A stretch of DNA of 63,612 nt, the filler included, from Octopus bimaculoides (taxonomy: Eukaryota): assembly GCF_001194135.2 (NCBI RefSeq). It is 4 parts of 4 records of this genome, joined end to end, with 100 filler letters (N's around TTAATTAATTAA, not from the genome) between each part and the next. Parts side by side here need not be neighbours in the genome. Positions count along the whole stretch, not along the records: positions 24,545 to 52,266 come from NC_068989.1; positions 52,367 to 62,226 come from NC_068982.1; 2 more parts are not named here. One strand, written 5' to 3'. A model generated the notes under the pieces. That model was not told where the DNA came from. It ran no database searches and worked only from the letters and a program-made list of their open reading frames with translations. Position numbers and translations under genes: made by a program. Positions 50,191 to 61,872 of this stretch are shown here, one piece after another. Position 1 is the first letter of the stretch, and every line of letters starts with the position of its first letter.

Positions 50191-52038
50191 ATGACGACAA
50201 CGACCGATGGGAGACAACAAGGCCTGGTCACTCCAGGCCGTAACAACAACACCACCACCACTACTACTACTATTACCACTAACAACAACAGCACCAGTAA
50301 AAACACTAGTGTTAGTAGTAGTAGTAACATCAGCAATAACAACGCTACCAGTGATACTAATATTAGCTATAGTAGTAGTAGTAGTAGTAGTAGTAGTTGT
50401 AATAACAACACCAGTATGTCGCAATTACATTCGTCTGTAGAGAATGGCGACTTGGACGGTGCTTCTGGTGGCTCTAACGCGGATTTGACCTTGCTTCTGC
50501 CGGATCACCCGAAAAATGGACGGCACGCGGATGGCAACGATACCACCAGTCTGGGGCTGACTGTTGCGGCTGGGTGCGAAATACCGCCCAGAGATAACAG
50601 CAGCGTCAACAACAACAACAGCAACACGCTCATTACGTTTGGGACTAGTACGGTACTAACGATGGTGGACAGAGAAGACGGCATCAGAGCAAGTGGCAGC
50701 TATCACAACAGCAGCAGTAATAGTAGTAGTAGTTGTAATAGTTGCAATAACACGAATGCTAAGAGCGGCAATAATAACGATCTCAATGCTTACGCAAACG
50801 GATCGTCATTATTCAATCTGGACGAGGACAGTAATTCGCTGTCGTCGGGTGATCCGAGAGCCAGGATCTCTTCCTCTCATAGCACCACTTTGTTCGGAAA
50901 CAGTGGCGCGATAGCAGCGGCGGCGGCGGCAGCCCCCATCTTCGCCGTCTCTACTGTTATTACTACTAATACTACGACTACTACTGTTACCGCCTCCTCC
51001 TTTTCCACCGCTGTTACAACCAACAGCAGCGCCGCCGCCACCGCCGCCGCCATTACTTCCTCTTTTGACAACAACCACTGCCAACAGATACAAGACTTTT
51101 ACTCGAACCCGCACCAACACCATCATTACAACAACACTAACAAACATAACAACGGTATCATTAATAAGAATAACATCAACAGTAGCTGCTGTTGTTGTTG
51201 TTGTCTCTCTGCTAGCAGTAGTAGTGACTGTAGTGCTGGTATTAGTGGGGGGGATAATAATAATAATAACAACAACAGTACAACCAATGCTAGTAACATC
51301 CATCACTCTGCCATGGTAACTAACAACAACGGTGTCTGCTCTTTCGCAGCTACTACGAATAATAGTAAAAATTGTCTCACAAACAACAACACTAACTATA
51401 TAGAAGCATTGAATAATATCACCACCACCATTGGCTTACACGCACCTTTACTAACACCTATAACAGACTTCAACACTAACGCCACCAACAGCTACTATTA
51501 CGACAACAAGACTACTACTACCATTACTAACCACAGCAACACTACTACTACTACTACTACCACGACCACCTCGTCACCGGTATTGGCCGGGTCGACTACA
51601 ACGACCACGACGATTACCACTTCTACTACCTGCAGCAGTGGCAGTGGCGGCACACTGCCCTTGTCGGCGGCACTCGTGCCTCTGTCGTCGTCGTCGTCGT
51701 CTGACATCAACTCACAACCGCAACAACAACAACAACAACACAACTCGCAACTTCATCCGCACCATCGTCATCACCACCCGCATCACCACCACCATCATCA
51801 CAACCACCATCATCACAACAACAACAACAACCACTATCATCATCACCACTCCCAACAACAACAGCAACAACAACACAACATCAGGCCATCAACATGCCAG
51901 TTTGCCGAAGTAACGGCAACCGAGGACAAAAATCTCAAAGAACTCCTACTTCTGCACATAGACTTCATTCACCACCAGCAGGACTTGCTTGCACAGAAGG
52001 ACAGACATATAAGTGATCTCAAGTCGGAAAACGAAACG
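50191..52038 (+). CDS. MSL1: Male-specific lethal 1 homolog, first coding exon: long low-complexity N-terminus followed by the MSL2-binding coiled coil
   Basis: About 616 codons open from ATG 50191. Ends NLKELLLLHIDFIHHQQDLLAQKDRHISDLKSENET, matching MSL1 LKQILLLQLDLIEQQQQQLQAKEKEIEELKSERDT; donor G|GTAGGT at 52039. Downstream exons (PEHE domain) not found. Confidence 0.85.
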
Positions 52039-52266
52039 GTAGGTGTCTAAATATAAGCATTTTATGTGTTGATATTGCTTCTACGGTTTCTTGATCGCCC
52101 CCTTTTGGGACTGTTTTATGTGGAAAATTTGGTTAACTTGGTTAAAATTTGGTTGGAAAAAGTTTGACAGTTCTTATGTCAGGCGAAAATAAAAAAAAAA
52201 GTTTTGTATCATTCTCTCTCTTCACTTTCTCTCTACACATACATTTAAAATCGAAATGGAATATAT

Positions 52267-52366
52267 NNNNNNNNNNNNNNNNNNNNNNNNNNNNNNNNNN
52301 NNNNNNNNNNTTAATTAATTAANNNNNNNNNNNNNNNNNNNNNNNNNNNNNNNNNNNNNNNNNNNN
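52267..52366. other. Artificial 100-bp spacer (44 N + TTAATTAATTAA + 44 N)
   Basis: Same layout as 24445-24544. Confidence 0.95.
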
Positions 52367-52506
52367 AAGAGGAATGACCAGCAAAAGTGGACTCCAGTCT
52401 GTTGTGTTGCTGAATTTTTACTGAAAACATATATTTTTTTCGTGGTTTGATGATTCAGCATCTATTTCCAGCATATAGGAGTCCACTTTTGCTGGTCATT
52501 CCTCTT
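52367..52506. mobile_element. MITE with a perfect 29-bp TIR
   Basis: AAGAGGAATGACCAGCAAAAGTGGACTCC ... GGAGTCCACTTTTGCTGGTCATTCCTCTT, followed by A (TA-like target). Confidence 0.8.
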
Positions 52507-52623
52507 ATTTTTGTATGTAATATAATTTTAAACTTCGGATTTTTTTAATATGCTAGACCACTGGTTTTAAATGCTTAATATCAATTTGTACCCTCATTAA
52601 TAAATTATATATATATATGTATG

Positions 52624-52657
<34 letters not shown>

Positions 52658-52690
52658 CATATATATATGTATGTGTATATATATACAATC

Positions 52691-52721
<31 letters not shown>

Positions 52722-54164
52722 GAAAAGGATAAAGAGAACAATGGCAAAGTTAGAAATATATTTGATGGATAGAGTCTTACAGCTGTTTGAGGGAAAATCC
52801 AATGCATCCCTTCATTGGAGACAGAAATATATATATACAAATGCATACACACACACCTACACACAATTTATTAAAATGTATATTTGGATAGATCATTTCA
52901 TTAGGTCATAAATGAATAATACCTGAGCATATATTCTCTGTGCAACTTAGGTAACCATCATTGCAAGTGCTGAAAAATTAATTACAATTAAAATAAAGAT
53001 GTTAGTGTTTTTCAGCTGGCAAATTATAAGAAACAAAACAAAACATAAAAAAGCAAAAATTAAGAGAATTGTTTTGAATAAACAATAAATTAGAAGTTAT
53101 ATAGTAAATGTAATGATATTGAACTTATGTCATGTTTGAATGTTATACTGTAAACAAACTATTGACAATAACAATTTTAATATACTAAAACATGTTGGAA
53201 GGTTATATTTTCAGTAATATTATCTATGGAATAAATAATCATCTCACATCAATAATTTTTTTGTATCATACTTTTGACTTCTCTTTTAACTTGCAAACTA
53301 CACAGTGGCTTCTGCCAGTGCTGGTGCCATAAAAAAAGCACCCATACACTCTAATGTGCTTGATAAATCCAAATGAGCAGTGACAATGTAGGCCATGAAA
53401 GGGTACTATAATTTTATTGATGGTGAGACAGTCTCTACAGTGTTAGTAACATGAAAAAATGTACCTTGGACAATGGTAAATTTTAGGAAGGCCAATCAAA
53501 GAAACAATGCTAAAACTAAGATACTGGAGTAAAAGACATGGTTCTTCAACATGTTAAATTCTGTTGGAGAATTACATGAAATGAATGATGACATTTGAGT
53601 ATGAAGCTAATCCTTGAAATTGCATTAAATAGCAGCTTCATGTTGTAGATCAGTGCTCTACAACCTTTGTTCACTTGCAGCACCTTTGTATTCTTTTCAA
53701 AATTATGTGGCACGCCTGAACTAAAAATATAACTAAAAGTATAGGGGAAAAATTATATTCAGGTTACACTGTGGCACACCTAGCATTGTCTCATGGCATA
53801 CCAATTGTGGAGTACTGTTTTAGGTGCAATCTCTAACAAGCACTCACACAGAGCCCCTATTTTTGAATCAGATCTATAGACACCTGAATGAATCATTGTT
53901 GTTCACTTGTTTATGAAACACATTCACACATACAGGGTGAAAGAATATTTACTTGGCAAAAAAATTGAAAGACATAGTGCCCCAGCATGGCCACAGCTGA
54001 AACATCTAAAAGAATAAACAAAATAAAAAAAAAACAATTTCTTTTAAATAGGAAAACAGATTATTCTTGTGCAGATATTTGATTTTATAAGTGGAGTTTA
54101 GTGTCCAATGAAGGAAGGGTACGCATAAGTGGGCTGGCTACACCACTGGCAAAGGCCTTGGATT

Positions 54165-54862
54165 TAGGTCTCACTTGGCTTGCCGGGTCTTCTCACGCAC
54201 AGCATATTTCCGAAGGTCTCGGTCAGAAGTCATCGCCTTGGTGAGATGCAATGTTCGAAGGTCGTGCCTCACCACCTCAGCCCAGGTCTTCCTGGGCCTA
54301 CCTCTTGCACAGGTTCCCTCAACTGCTAGGGTGTGGCACTTTTTCACACAGTTATCCTCATCCATTCTCGACACATGACCATACCAGCGCAATCATCTTT
54401 CTTGCACACCACAACTGATGCTTCTTATGTTCAGCTTTTCTCTCAAGATACTTATGCTCTGTCTAGTATGCACACTGACATTACACATCCATCGGAGCAT
54501 ACTGGCTTCATTCCTTTCGAGCCTACGCATGTCTTCAGCAGTCACGGCCCATGTTTCACTGAAATGAAGCAAGGCTGTTCGTACATATGCGTCATACAGT
54601 CTGCCTTTTACTCTGAGAGAGAGACCCTTTGTCACCAGCAGAGGTAAGAGCTCTCTGAACTTTGGCCAGGCTATTCTTATNNNNNNNNNNTTTTACTCTG
54701 AGAGAGAGACCCTTTGTCACCAGCAGAGGTAAGAGCTCTCTGAACTTTGGCCAGGCTATTCTTATTCTAGCAGCTACACTTTCAGTGCACCCACCCCCCA
54801 CTACTACCTTGGTCACCTAGATAGCGGAAGCTATCAACTACTTCTAGGTTTTCTCCCTGGAA
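54165..54862 (-). mobile_element. RTE LINE 3' fragment
   Basis: ARIRIAWPKFRELLPLLVTKGLSLRVKGRLYDAYVRTALLH.SETWAVTAEDMRRLERNEASMLRWM...RWYGHVSRMDE...RGRPRKTW. Confidence 0.9.
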
Positions 54863-54864
54863 TG

Positions 54865-56540
54865 TGGCAGAAGTTGGAAAAAGAATTGGAAAATTTTTCA
54901 AAAACTTTAATTTAAGTATTACATATGAATATGGCACAAAGGTAGTAAATTTTTTGGATACTACTTTAAACATTAGCTCTAAATTATACTACCCCTATAG
55001 GAAAGAAGGCGAGGTTACAAGATATGTCAACAAATTATCAAGTCACCCCGCTAATGTATTAAAATCAGTAGTTAAAAGTATTTCTAAGAGAATTACTAAA
55101 TTATCATTAAACATTGATATCTTTAATTCCCATTCATATCACTACAATGTTGCTTTGTCTAAGGCAGGATATGACCAGGAAATTACTTTTCTCAGTCCTG
55201 TAAGTTCAGCACCTTTTAATAAAGGAAAAAAAATGATAGTTTGAGTAATAGAAAGTCTACTAACTTAGTTGTGAAAAAATACCAAATGATAAACCATCCT
55301 ACAAACCTAACATTTTAAATTATAAGAGAGTAGTCTTCAATAGGAGACAGGATACTAAAATGAGTAGGAAGCTTAGGTTAGATAAAAAGGTGACGGTGAA
55401 AAAGAAATGATTACTCCTCCAGATAAGGGATCTACTAGAAATATGTACAAAACTATTAATCATGGCACGATTCTAGGGAGCAGGGATTGTACAAATACAT
55501 CCCATCCTTACTTACACCATAAATTTAAAGGTAAGAATTTCATGTGGTTCAATATCCCATACAACTGTGCATTATCCATAAACATATATAGAAAATTTAT
55601 GGCTATTTTAGAAAAAAACTTCTCTACTTCCCACAGATATAATAGAATCGTTTCACATAAGACAGTTAGAATCTCATACTCTACTCTTCCCAATATAGGT
55701 AGCATCACAGCTAGATTAAATAAGAAGAATATAAAATTAGCCAGGATTGTTAATAATAATAATAATAATGATAAAAATAATAGTAACAATAATAATAATA
55801 GAAATAATAATAACAATAGCAATAATAATAATAATAATATTAATAATAACTTAAACTCCCAAAAGGAAAATAATAGTATTGATGATGATGAGGTGTATAG
55901 AAGGAATAGCGTTAGCACTTCTAATATAAACATTATGGATTGTAGTTCCAGTACATATATGGGCATGGAAACTATTAGTATGCCTGCTGATACAGAGGCA
56001 ATTTTATATGATACTACGATTGATGTGGAGTTGGAAAATAACAGATGTGAACATAACATATTTGATAATAGAAGGTATAGTGGTAGCGAAAATATTAATA
56101 ATAAAAATAATAATATAAATTTTAATAATACTAATATCAATAATAATAATTCTCCTAGTTGCAATTGTAGAGTTAAATTCCACTGTCCTTTATTAGGCTG
56201 ATGTCTTACCCAGAACGTAATATATAAATATACAATAATAACTACAACTAATAATTATATATATATATTGGTTGTTTGATTAATTTGAAAATGCGTATGT
56301 ACAGTCATATGTTGTCCTAAGGTGAATTGTACGTCATTATTCAGTAAGATTTGGGAATTGAAAGAAAGTGGAATTGGGTTTAGCCTCAAATGGGAAATAA
56401 TAAGAAAAGCTCAGCCTTATAGAAATAGCAGATATGGGTGTGAGCTGTGCACTATGGAGACATGAAATTTTAAAGGATAAAGATAATGGCAACCTGATTA
56501 AGAATCGATTAGACCTTAGGGTATCAGATGTACATAGTGC
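54865..56540 (+). mobile_element. Penelope-like element, Naiad-like clade (RT thumb, linker and GIY-YIG with Cys-rich N-terminal part), decayed
   Basis: VNFLDTTLN...YYPYRK....YVNKLSSHP; WFN.PY....NI..KF..ILEKNF...HRYNRI....TVRISYS.LPNI; CNCR...CPLLG*CLTQNVIY...YIG. Confidence 0.8.
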
Positions 56541-56739
56541 CATCCGTACCTTTAAATATTTTAGAAAGTAGCACTTTATTGATCTTGTGATTTAAAACCG
56601 ATAATGTACCTCTTATTTTAAAATCAGTGCATAGTTAGCATGTCCTGCAGTATTAATATTCCTTTACTTACTACAGAGTATCCATCATTATAGATACAAG
56701 CTAAATAAGTAAATAAACAATTTTTGGGGCAAAGTTTAG

Positions 56740-57930
56740 AGAGCTCTTACTTTGCCGGTGACAAAGGGTCTCTCTCTCAGAGTAAAAGGCAGACTGTATG
56801 ATGCATGTGTATGAACAACCATGCTACATGGCAGTGAAACATGGGCCGTGACTGCTGAGGACATGCATAAGCTTGCAAGAAACGAAGCCAGTAGGCTCCG
56901 ATGGATGTGTAATGTCAGTGTGCATACTCGACAGAGTGTAAGTACCTTGAGGGAAAAGTTAGACCTAAAAAGCATCAGTTGTGGTGTGCAAGAGAGACGA
57001 TTGCGCTGGTATGGACATGTGGCAAGAATGGATGAGGATAGCTGTGTGAAAAAGTACCACATCCTCGCGGTTGAGGGAACCTGTGGAAGAGGTAGACCCA
57101 GGAAGACCTGGGATGAGGTGGTGAGACACGACCTTTGAACTTTAGGCCTCACTGAGGCAATGACTAGTGACCAGGACCTTTGGAAATATGCAGTACGTGA
57201 GAAGATCCGGCGCAAGGCAAGTGAGAGTATAATCTGTGACCTCTGCGAGCTCACTTATTTGTATCTTTACTTCATTGGACACTAAAAACTCTGCTTGCGA
57301 AGACCTGTTAAGGCAAGTGAATTTGGAATTTGAAATCTGAAATCGAAATCAAACCGAATCCGACGATGGCACCCATGCCAACCTCTCCTTCATTGGACAC
57401 TAAAGTCTGCTTGCGAAGACCTGTTGGGGCAAGTGAAATCGTAATTGAACCATACTCGATGACTGGCACTTGTGCCAGTGGAGCACTAACAGCACTGTTT
57501 GAGTGTATTCATTACCAGAGCAGCTGTCTGGCTTCTATGCTAGTGGCCTGTAAATAGCACCATTTGAGCGTAATCATTACCAGCGTCGCCTTCTAGCACT
57601 TGTGTTGGTGGCACGTTAGAAAGTCATTCGAGCGAGGTCGTTGCCAGTTCCGCTGGACTGGCTCCCGTGCAGGTGGCATGTAAAAAACACCTTTTTGAGC
57701 GTGGCCGTTGCCAGTACCGTGTGACTGGCCCTCGCGCTGGTGGCACTTAAAAAGCACCCACTACACTCTCGGAGTGGTTAGCGTTAGGAAGGGCATCCAG
57801 CAGTAGAAACTCTGCCAGATCAGATTGGAGCCTGGTGCAGCCTTCTGGCTTGCCAGTCCTCAGTCAAATCGTCCAACCCATGCTAGCATGGAAGGTGGAC
57901 GTTAAACGATGATGATGATGATGATGATGA
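56740..57930 (+). mobile_element. RTE LINE 3' end: ORF C-terminus, long 3' UTR with internal repeats, (GAT)n tail
   Basis: MLHGSETWAVTAED...RLRWYGHVARMDE...GRGRPRKTW; UTR has duplicated CTGCTTGCGAAGACCTGTT..GGCAAGTGAA and repeated GGCAC.TAAAAA(A/G)CAC blocks; ends GATGATGATG. Confidence 0.85.
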
Positions 57931-57937
57931 TACCTGA

Positions 57938-58830
57938 ATTATTATATATTTTCTATAAATCTTCTCTTATTGATGTTACTAAGTTGGTATATATACTTCA
58001 TCATGATTTTTAGTGATTAAGCTATTTTATATCCTTTTCTAAGGTGTTCTACCCTACCTGATCATTTTGATACTTTATAATTGCCTTTAGATAAACCTAA
58101 ATTTTTGTACCCCTATAAATTCATATTTAGCTTATATAGAACAATATGGGTGTCGTCACAACTTAAAATTAAACTGCTTAGATTATAATTTAATTAATTT
58201 ATAGTAAATTTGTTCTTTCACCTCATTGCTAGATCTTCCTGATGACCCTAAATTTTGACTTTATACAATATGGATATATTGTTTAATATAGTTTTAGTAA
58301 TTAAATCTTTTATCCTTTTCTTAAAGTTTTCAGTCCTCCTGATCTTTGTATTTATGATTGGCTTTGTACAAGCAGCCCTTCTAATTAAGTACCCCTAAGA
58401 AACTGTAATATCATGTATGGATTAACACTAATAACTTTTAAAATCTATATTATACCTCTTAATTTAATTTAATATTAGTATATAATTACCATGTCCTTTT
58501 AACAATAATTATTCTTTTAACCAATACTGGGTTTCAGTCTTGATTGTAATAAGCGAAATAAGTTAATTAACACTTTTTAGCTCATAATACTTAAATTATT
58601 ATACATTTTCTATAAATCTTCTCTATTGAAGTTAATAAGGTATGGATATTTTATTATGGTTTTAGTGATTAGGCTGTCTTTATTCCTTTTCTATGGTGCT
58701 CGCCCTAACTGATCATTTTATCATTTTATAGTAGCCTTTAATAAATTCTAATCTTTGTACCCCTATTAATTCGTACTTAACTTATATAAGATAATACTGG
58801 TATCTCCACAACTTAAAATAGTTCAATTTA
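57938..58830. repeat. Three diverged AT-rich direct repeats (periods about 280 and 370 bp)
   Basis: Anchors TCCTTTTCT (about 58032, 58313, 58684) and GTACCCCT (about 58107, 58389, 58757) recur with matching spacing. Confidence 0.7.
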
Positions 58831-60479
58831 ATTAAATTAGAATATAGTTAACATGTTCTTTAACCTAAGTGCTCCCTTATTAAATACCAGTTAAATCTAT
58901 TTGATCAATCCCCATAGATACCATCTAATAATTTAATATTTAGATAAATAATAAGTATAAATATTAAACTATTTCTTTGTAATTTTCTTTTCCTCCCTCT
59001 ATTGTGGTAAAATTTGATATATACTAGCGTACGGAGACTTCAAATGACCCCACACCACTATTGCACCATTGATATCTTCACCCTTCTAGCTGTCTGCTTT
59101 CTTTTAAATAAGACAGAATTCATTTCCAGGCAAATAACATTCGGAATGCAATTAATAATCACTCTCTCCTTTCTTCTTACCATTTCTCTCATCTTGTCTT
59201 TCACAATATTGTTCTATCAAAGCAATACTGATCAACTAAAGCACATTCATTCATTTTCCTGATTCTGGTACATAACCTTTTTCGTTTGTAAATTGCATCA
59301 GTATGAAACATTTTTCTGCTATTTCTAGCATGCGCTGCTACCATGTAACGACTTCTCGCAAATACCTGTTCAGTGGTAGCATGACGTGTTACAAATACCA
59401 ACCAAATCGGTTAATGTTTACAAGTACACCTGCATATCAACTCCCAACACATTTCTTTCTTTTCCAGCGGATTCATATGTTTTCCATCACGGACATTCCA
59501 ATAATACCTTTCATTTTCAATTCTCTGTCCCTACTCCTAATTCTTACATTTTCACTTCTTTCAAAATAATTCCATACTTCTTCCCTAATGCGGGTGCCGA
59601 GCAATCTTTTACATTTCTTCAGTCAATTTCTTACATTTTCAATTCTTTTCGATTTCTTACATTAAGAATAGGGGAACAGGGTACTTGATACCGAGCAAAA
59701 ACACTCCCACCTTTTTCAGTTTTCCTTACTGAAATGCATGCCACTGCATGCATTAAAATTTAACGATACTTTTTTGGCTTCATCCTTAATGTGGACCTGC
59801 AGACCTACCAACTTACCTATAACCACTGCTATATATATGAATGGTTATGCAGCATCAACATGTAGCATCAACGGCAGCTTCTGCCCCACGAGCACCACTG
59901 AACAAAGCTAAGCAATTCATCCAATTGCTCTTTCATTAACCTTTTCTCTATCCAATCTATACGACAGAGCAGCCACACATTGATAAAATTCATGTCCACA
60001 CAAATGACAACATTCCCAATGCAATTCATAACCACTTTCTCCTTTGCTCTTACCATTTCTCTCGCCTTGCCTTCCACAACTTCCCATTTTCATTCTAATG
60101 TCATAACACTAACATCATCTTATTTTACACCTTTACTGTTCTACTACCACTTCATTATTACCACAGCAGTTGCAAGTTTGCAACTTATCTACAGTTACTT
60201 ACTAACCCTTCAATTAATATTTCACACTTAACAGTGTATCTCACTGCGTTTCATCATGCTTATTTTAGATCATACCCCGAAGGAAGAGTTCTTCAATTGG
60301 ACGAAAAACTGTGAAATCTGCAAGGTCATCAGCAAGAAGGGCAAATGAATTGTCAGATGAAACTGACATTAGACGATCAGAAAATGCTGAACGTACACCC
60401 ACTTCAAGAACACTTACAAACAGATCACCAGCATACACTTTGACGAACTGCTGCTGCTGCACGAGCTACAGTGACTAAA

Positions 60480-61080
60480 CACCAGCGTCAAGTTCGACGA
60501 AGTGCTGATGCTGTCTCAACTGCTGCTGCATGAGCTGCAGAGAAGAAAAACGAACGCGCTACATGCCTGGTCAGGAATGCTGCCAACATGGCTGCTGTGC
60601 GAGCTTCCCACACCTTACAACAAAGATATACTATGCTGCAGACTTCCATTCAACAAAGAGCTCATAGACGAGGATTTTCAACACCATCCAACTCACAATG
60701 GTTATTAAAGGCTTTCCACTACAACTCTAACCTTCATTATGATTGCCACCCAGATATGAACATTGGAGATATGTCTATCACTTGCTCTTTCTGCAATGCT
60801 AAGGAGTGGTCAAGAGAAACTCCTGCTATGAGTTGCGCTAATGGAAAAGTTAACCCCACTCCGCTGCAGAATCCACCACAGCTGTTGAAGTCACTCTACG
60901 CTGGCACAACTACAGAGATGAAAGATTTCCTGAATAACATCCGGAAGTACAATTGTGCATTCCAAATGACATCTTTCGGTGCTAATGTTGTTTAAGAAGG
61001 TGGGTTTATGCCAACTCTCAAAGTGCAGGGACAGGTTTACCATAGGATAGGATCGCTCGAACCTGCTGAAAATATGCTAC
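60480..61080 (+). mobile_element. Helitron Rep/helicase N-terminal fragment
   Basis: IGDMSITCSFCNAK.W..ET.AM.CANGKV..TPLQNPPQLLKSL..G...FLNNIRKYNCAFQMTSFGA...FMPTLKVQGQVYHRIGSL.P, a canonical Helitron motif series. Confidence 0.9.
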
Positions 61081-61872
61081 TACTTGCACAGAAATACCAA
61101 AAGAGGTTAATGAGTGAAGTTACGGCTGTGTCGTTAAGAAGTTCATTTTGCAATTTTGGCCAAACACAGTTACTGTTTTCTATCTGAAGAGTTATAATTC
61201 TTACATCCCTTCATAAAATATTTCAAGTAACATAGTTATTAATTAGTACATTGAACTTACTAGACACTGCATATCTCTTCAAAATATTTATATTGTTTAT
61301 TTCAATGAACTTTTTTATCTGTTATGAATGATCCTAGTATTTCAATTGTGAAACATTTTCATGAAGGCACAAGCAAGATTTATAGGGAAACAACTTAGCA
61401 CTAATATCATTGAAGATATTACTATCAGAATGCAAAAATCTCAGAGCAAAAACTAAAACGTATGCTCTCTGCTGTTCTAATATTTCTTAAAAATCACTGC
61501 CCCAGATTGAAATGACAAAAGGCAAAATTGCCATTGGTGGTATGTGAAGTGAGAGTGTTTGGTATCAGTGCAAATATCACAAATATTTCTACCTGATGCT
61601 ATAAAAACTGCCTATTTCTTTCGCTTCTTTAACTGTTTACTTAATATGATATATTATGAATTGTTAGATTATTGTTTTATTTGAAAAACCATATGAACAC
61701 ATGGGAAGAAATGCATAAAGTAAAACATATACATAATAAGAAATTAAATAATACAATCCTACCATGGAAAGAAATTAAAAAGCAAAAAACAATGAACAGT
61801 CAGGAATTTAGAAAAGAAATAAAATACATTAATATAAGTATATATGATAGAAGTAAAATTAATTTGGATTAC

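Noticed and set aside
50207-51913. Overlapping alternative-frame and antisense ORFs within MSL1 exon 1
   Set aside because: By-products of trinucleotide repeats (poly-Val, poly-Thr, poly-Cys shadows); no independent evidence.
54601-54760. About 70-bp direct duplication around a 10-N gap
   Set aside because: Typical unmerged contig overlap; an assembly artefact, not a biological tandem repeat.
55508-56164. 218-aa Leu-rich membrane-like ORF on the minus strand
   Set aside because: Antisense shadow of the (AAT)n-rich Penelope linker.
61516-61562. LPLVVCEVRVFG resembling the end of a fucolectin/F5-8-type domain
   Set aside because: In-frame TGA a few codons upstream, no acceptor, no other domain motifs.
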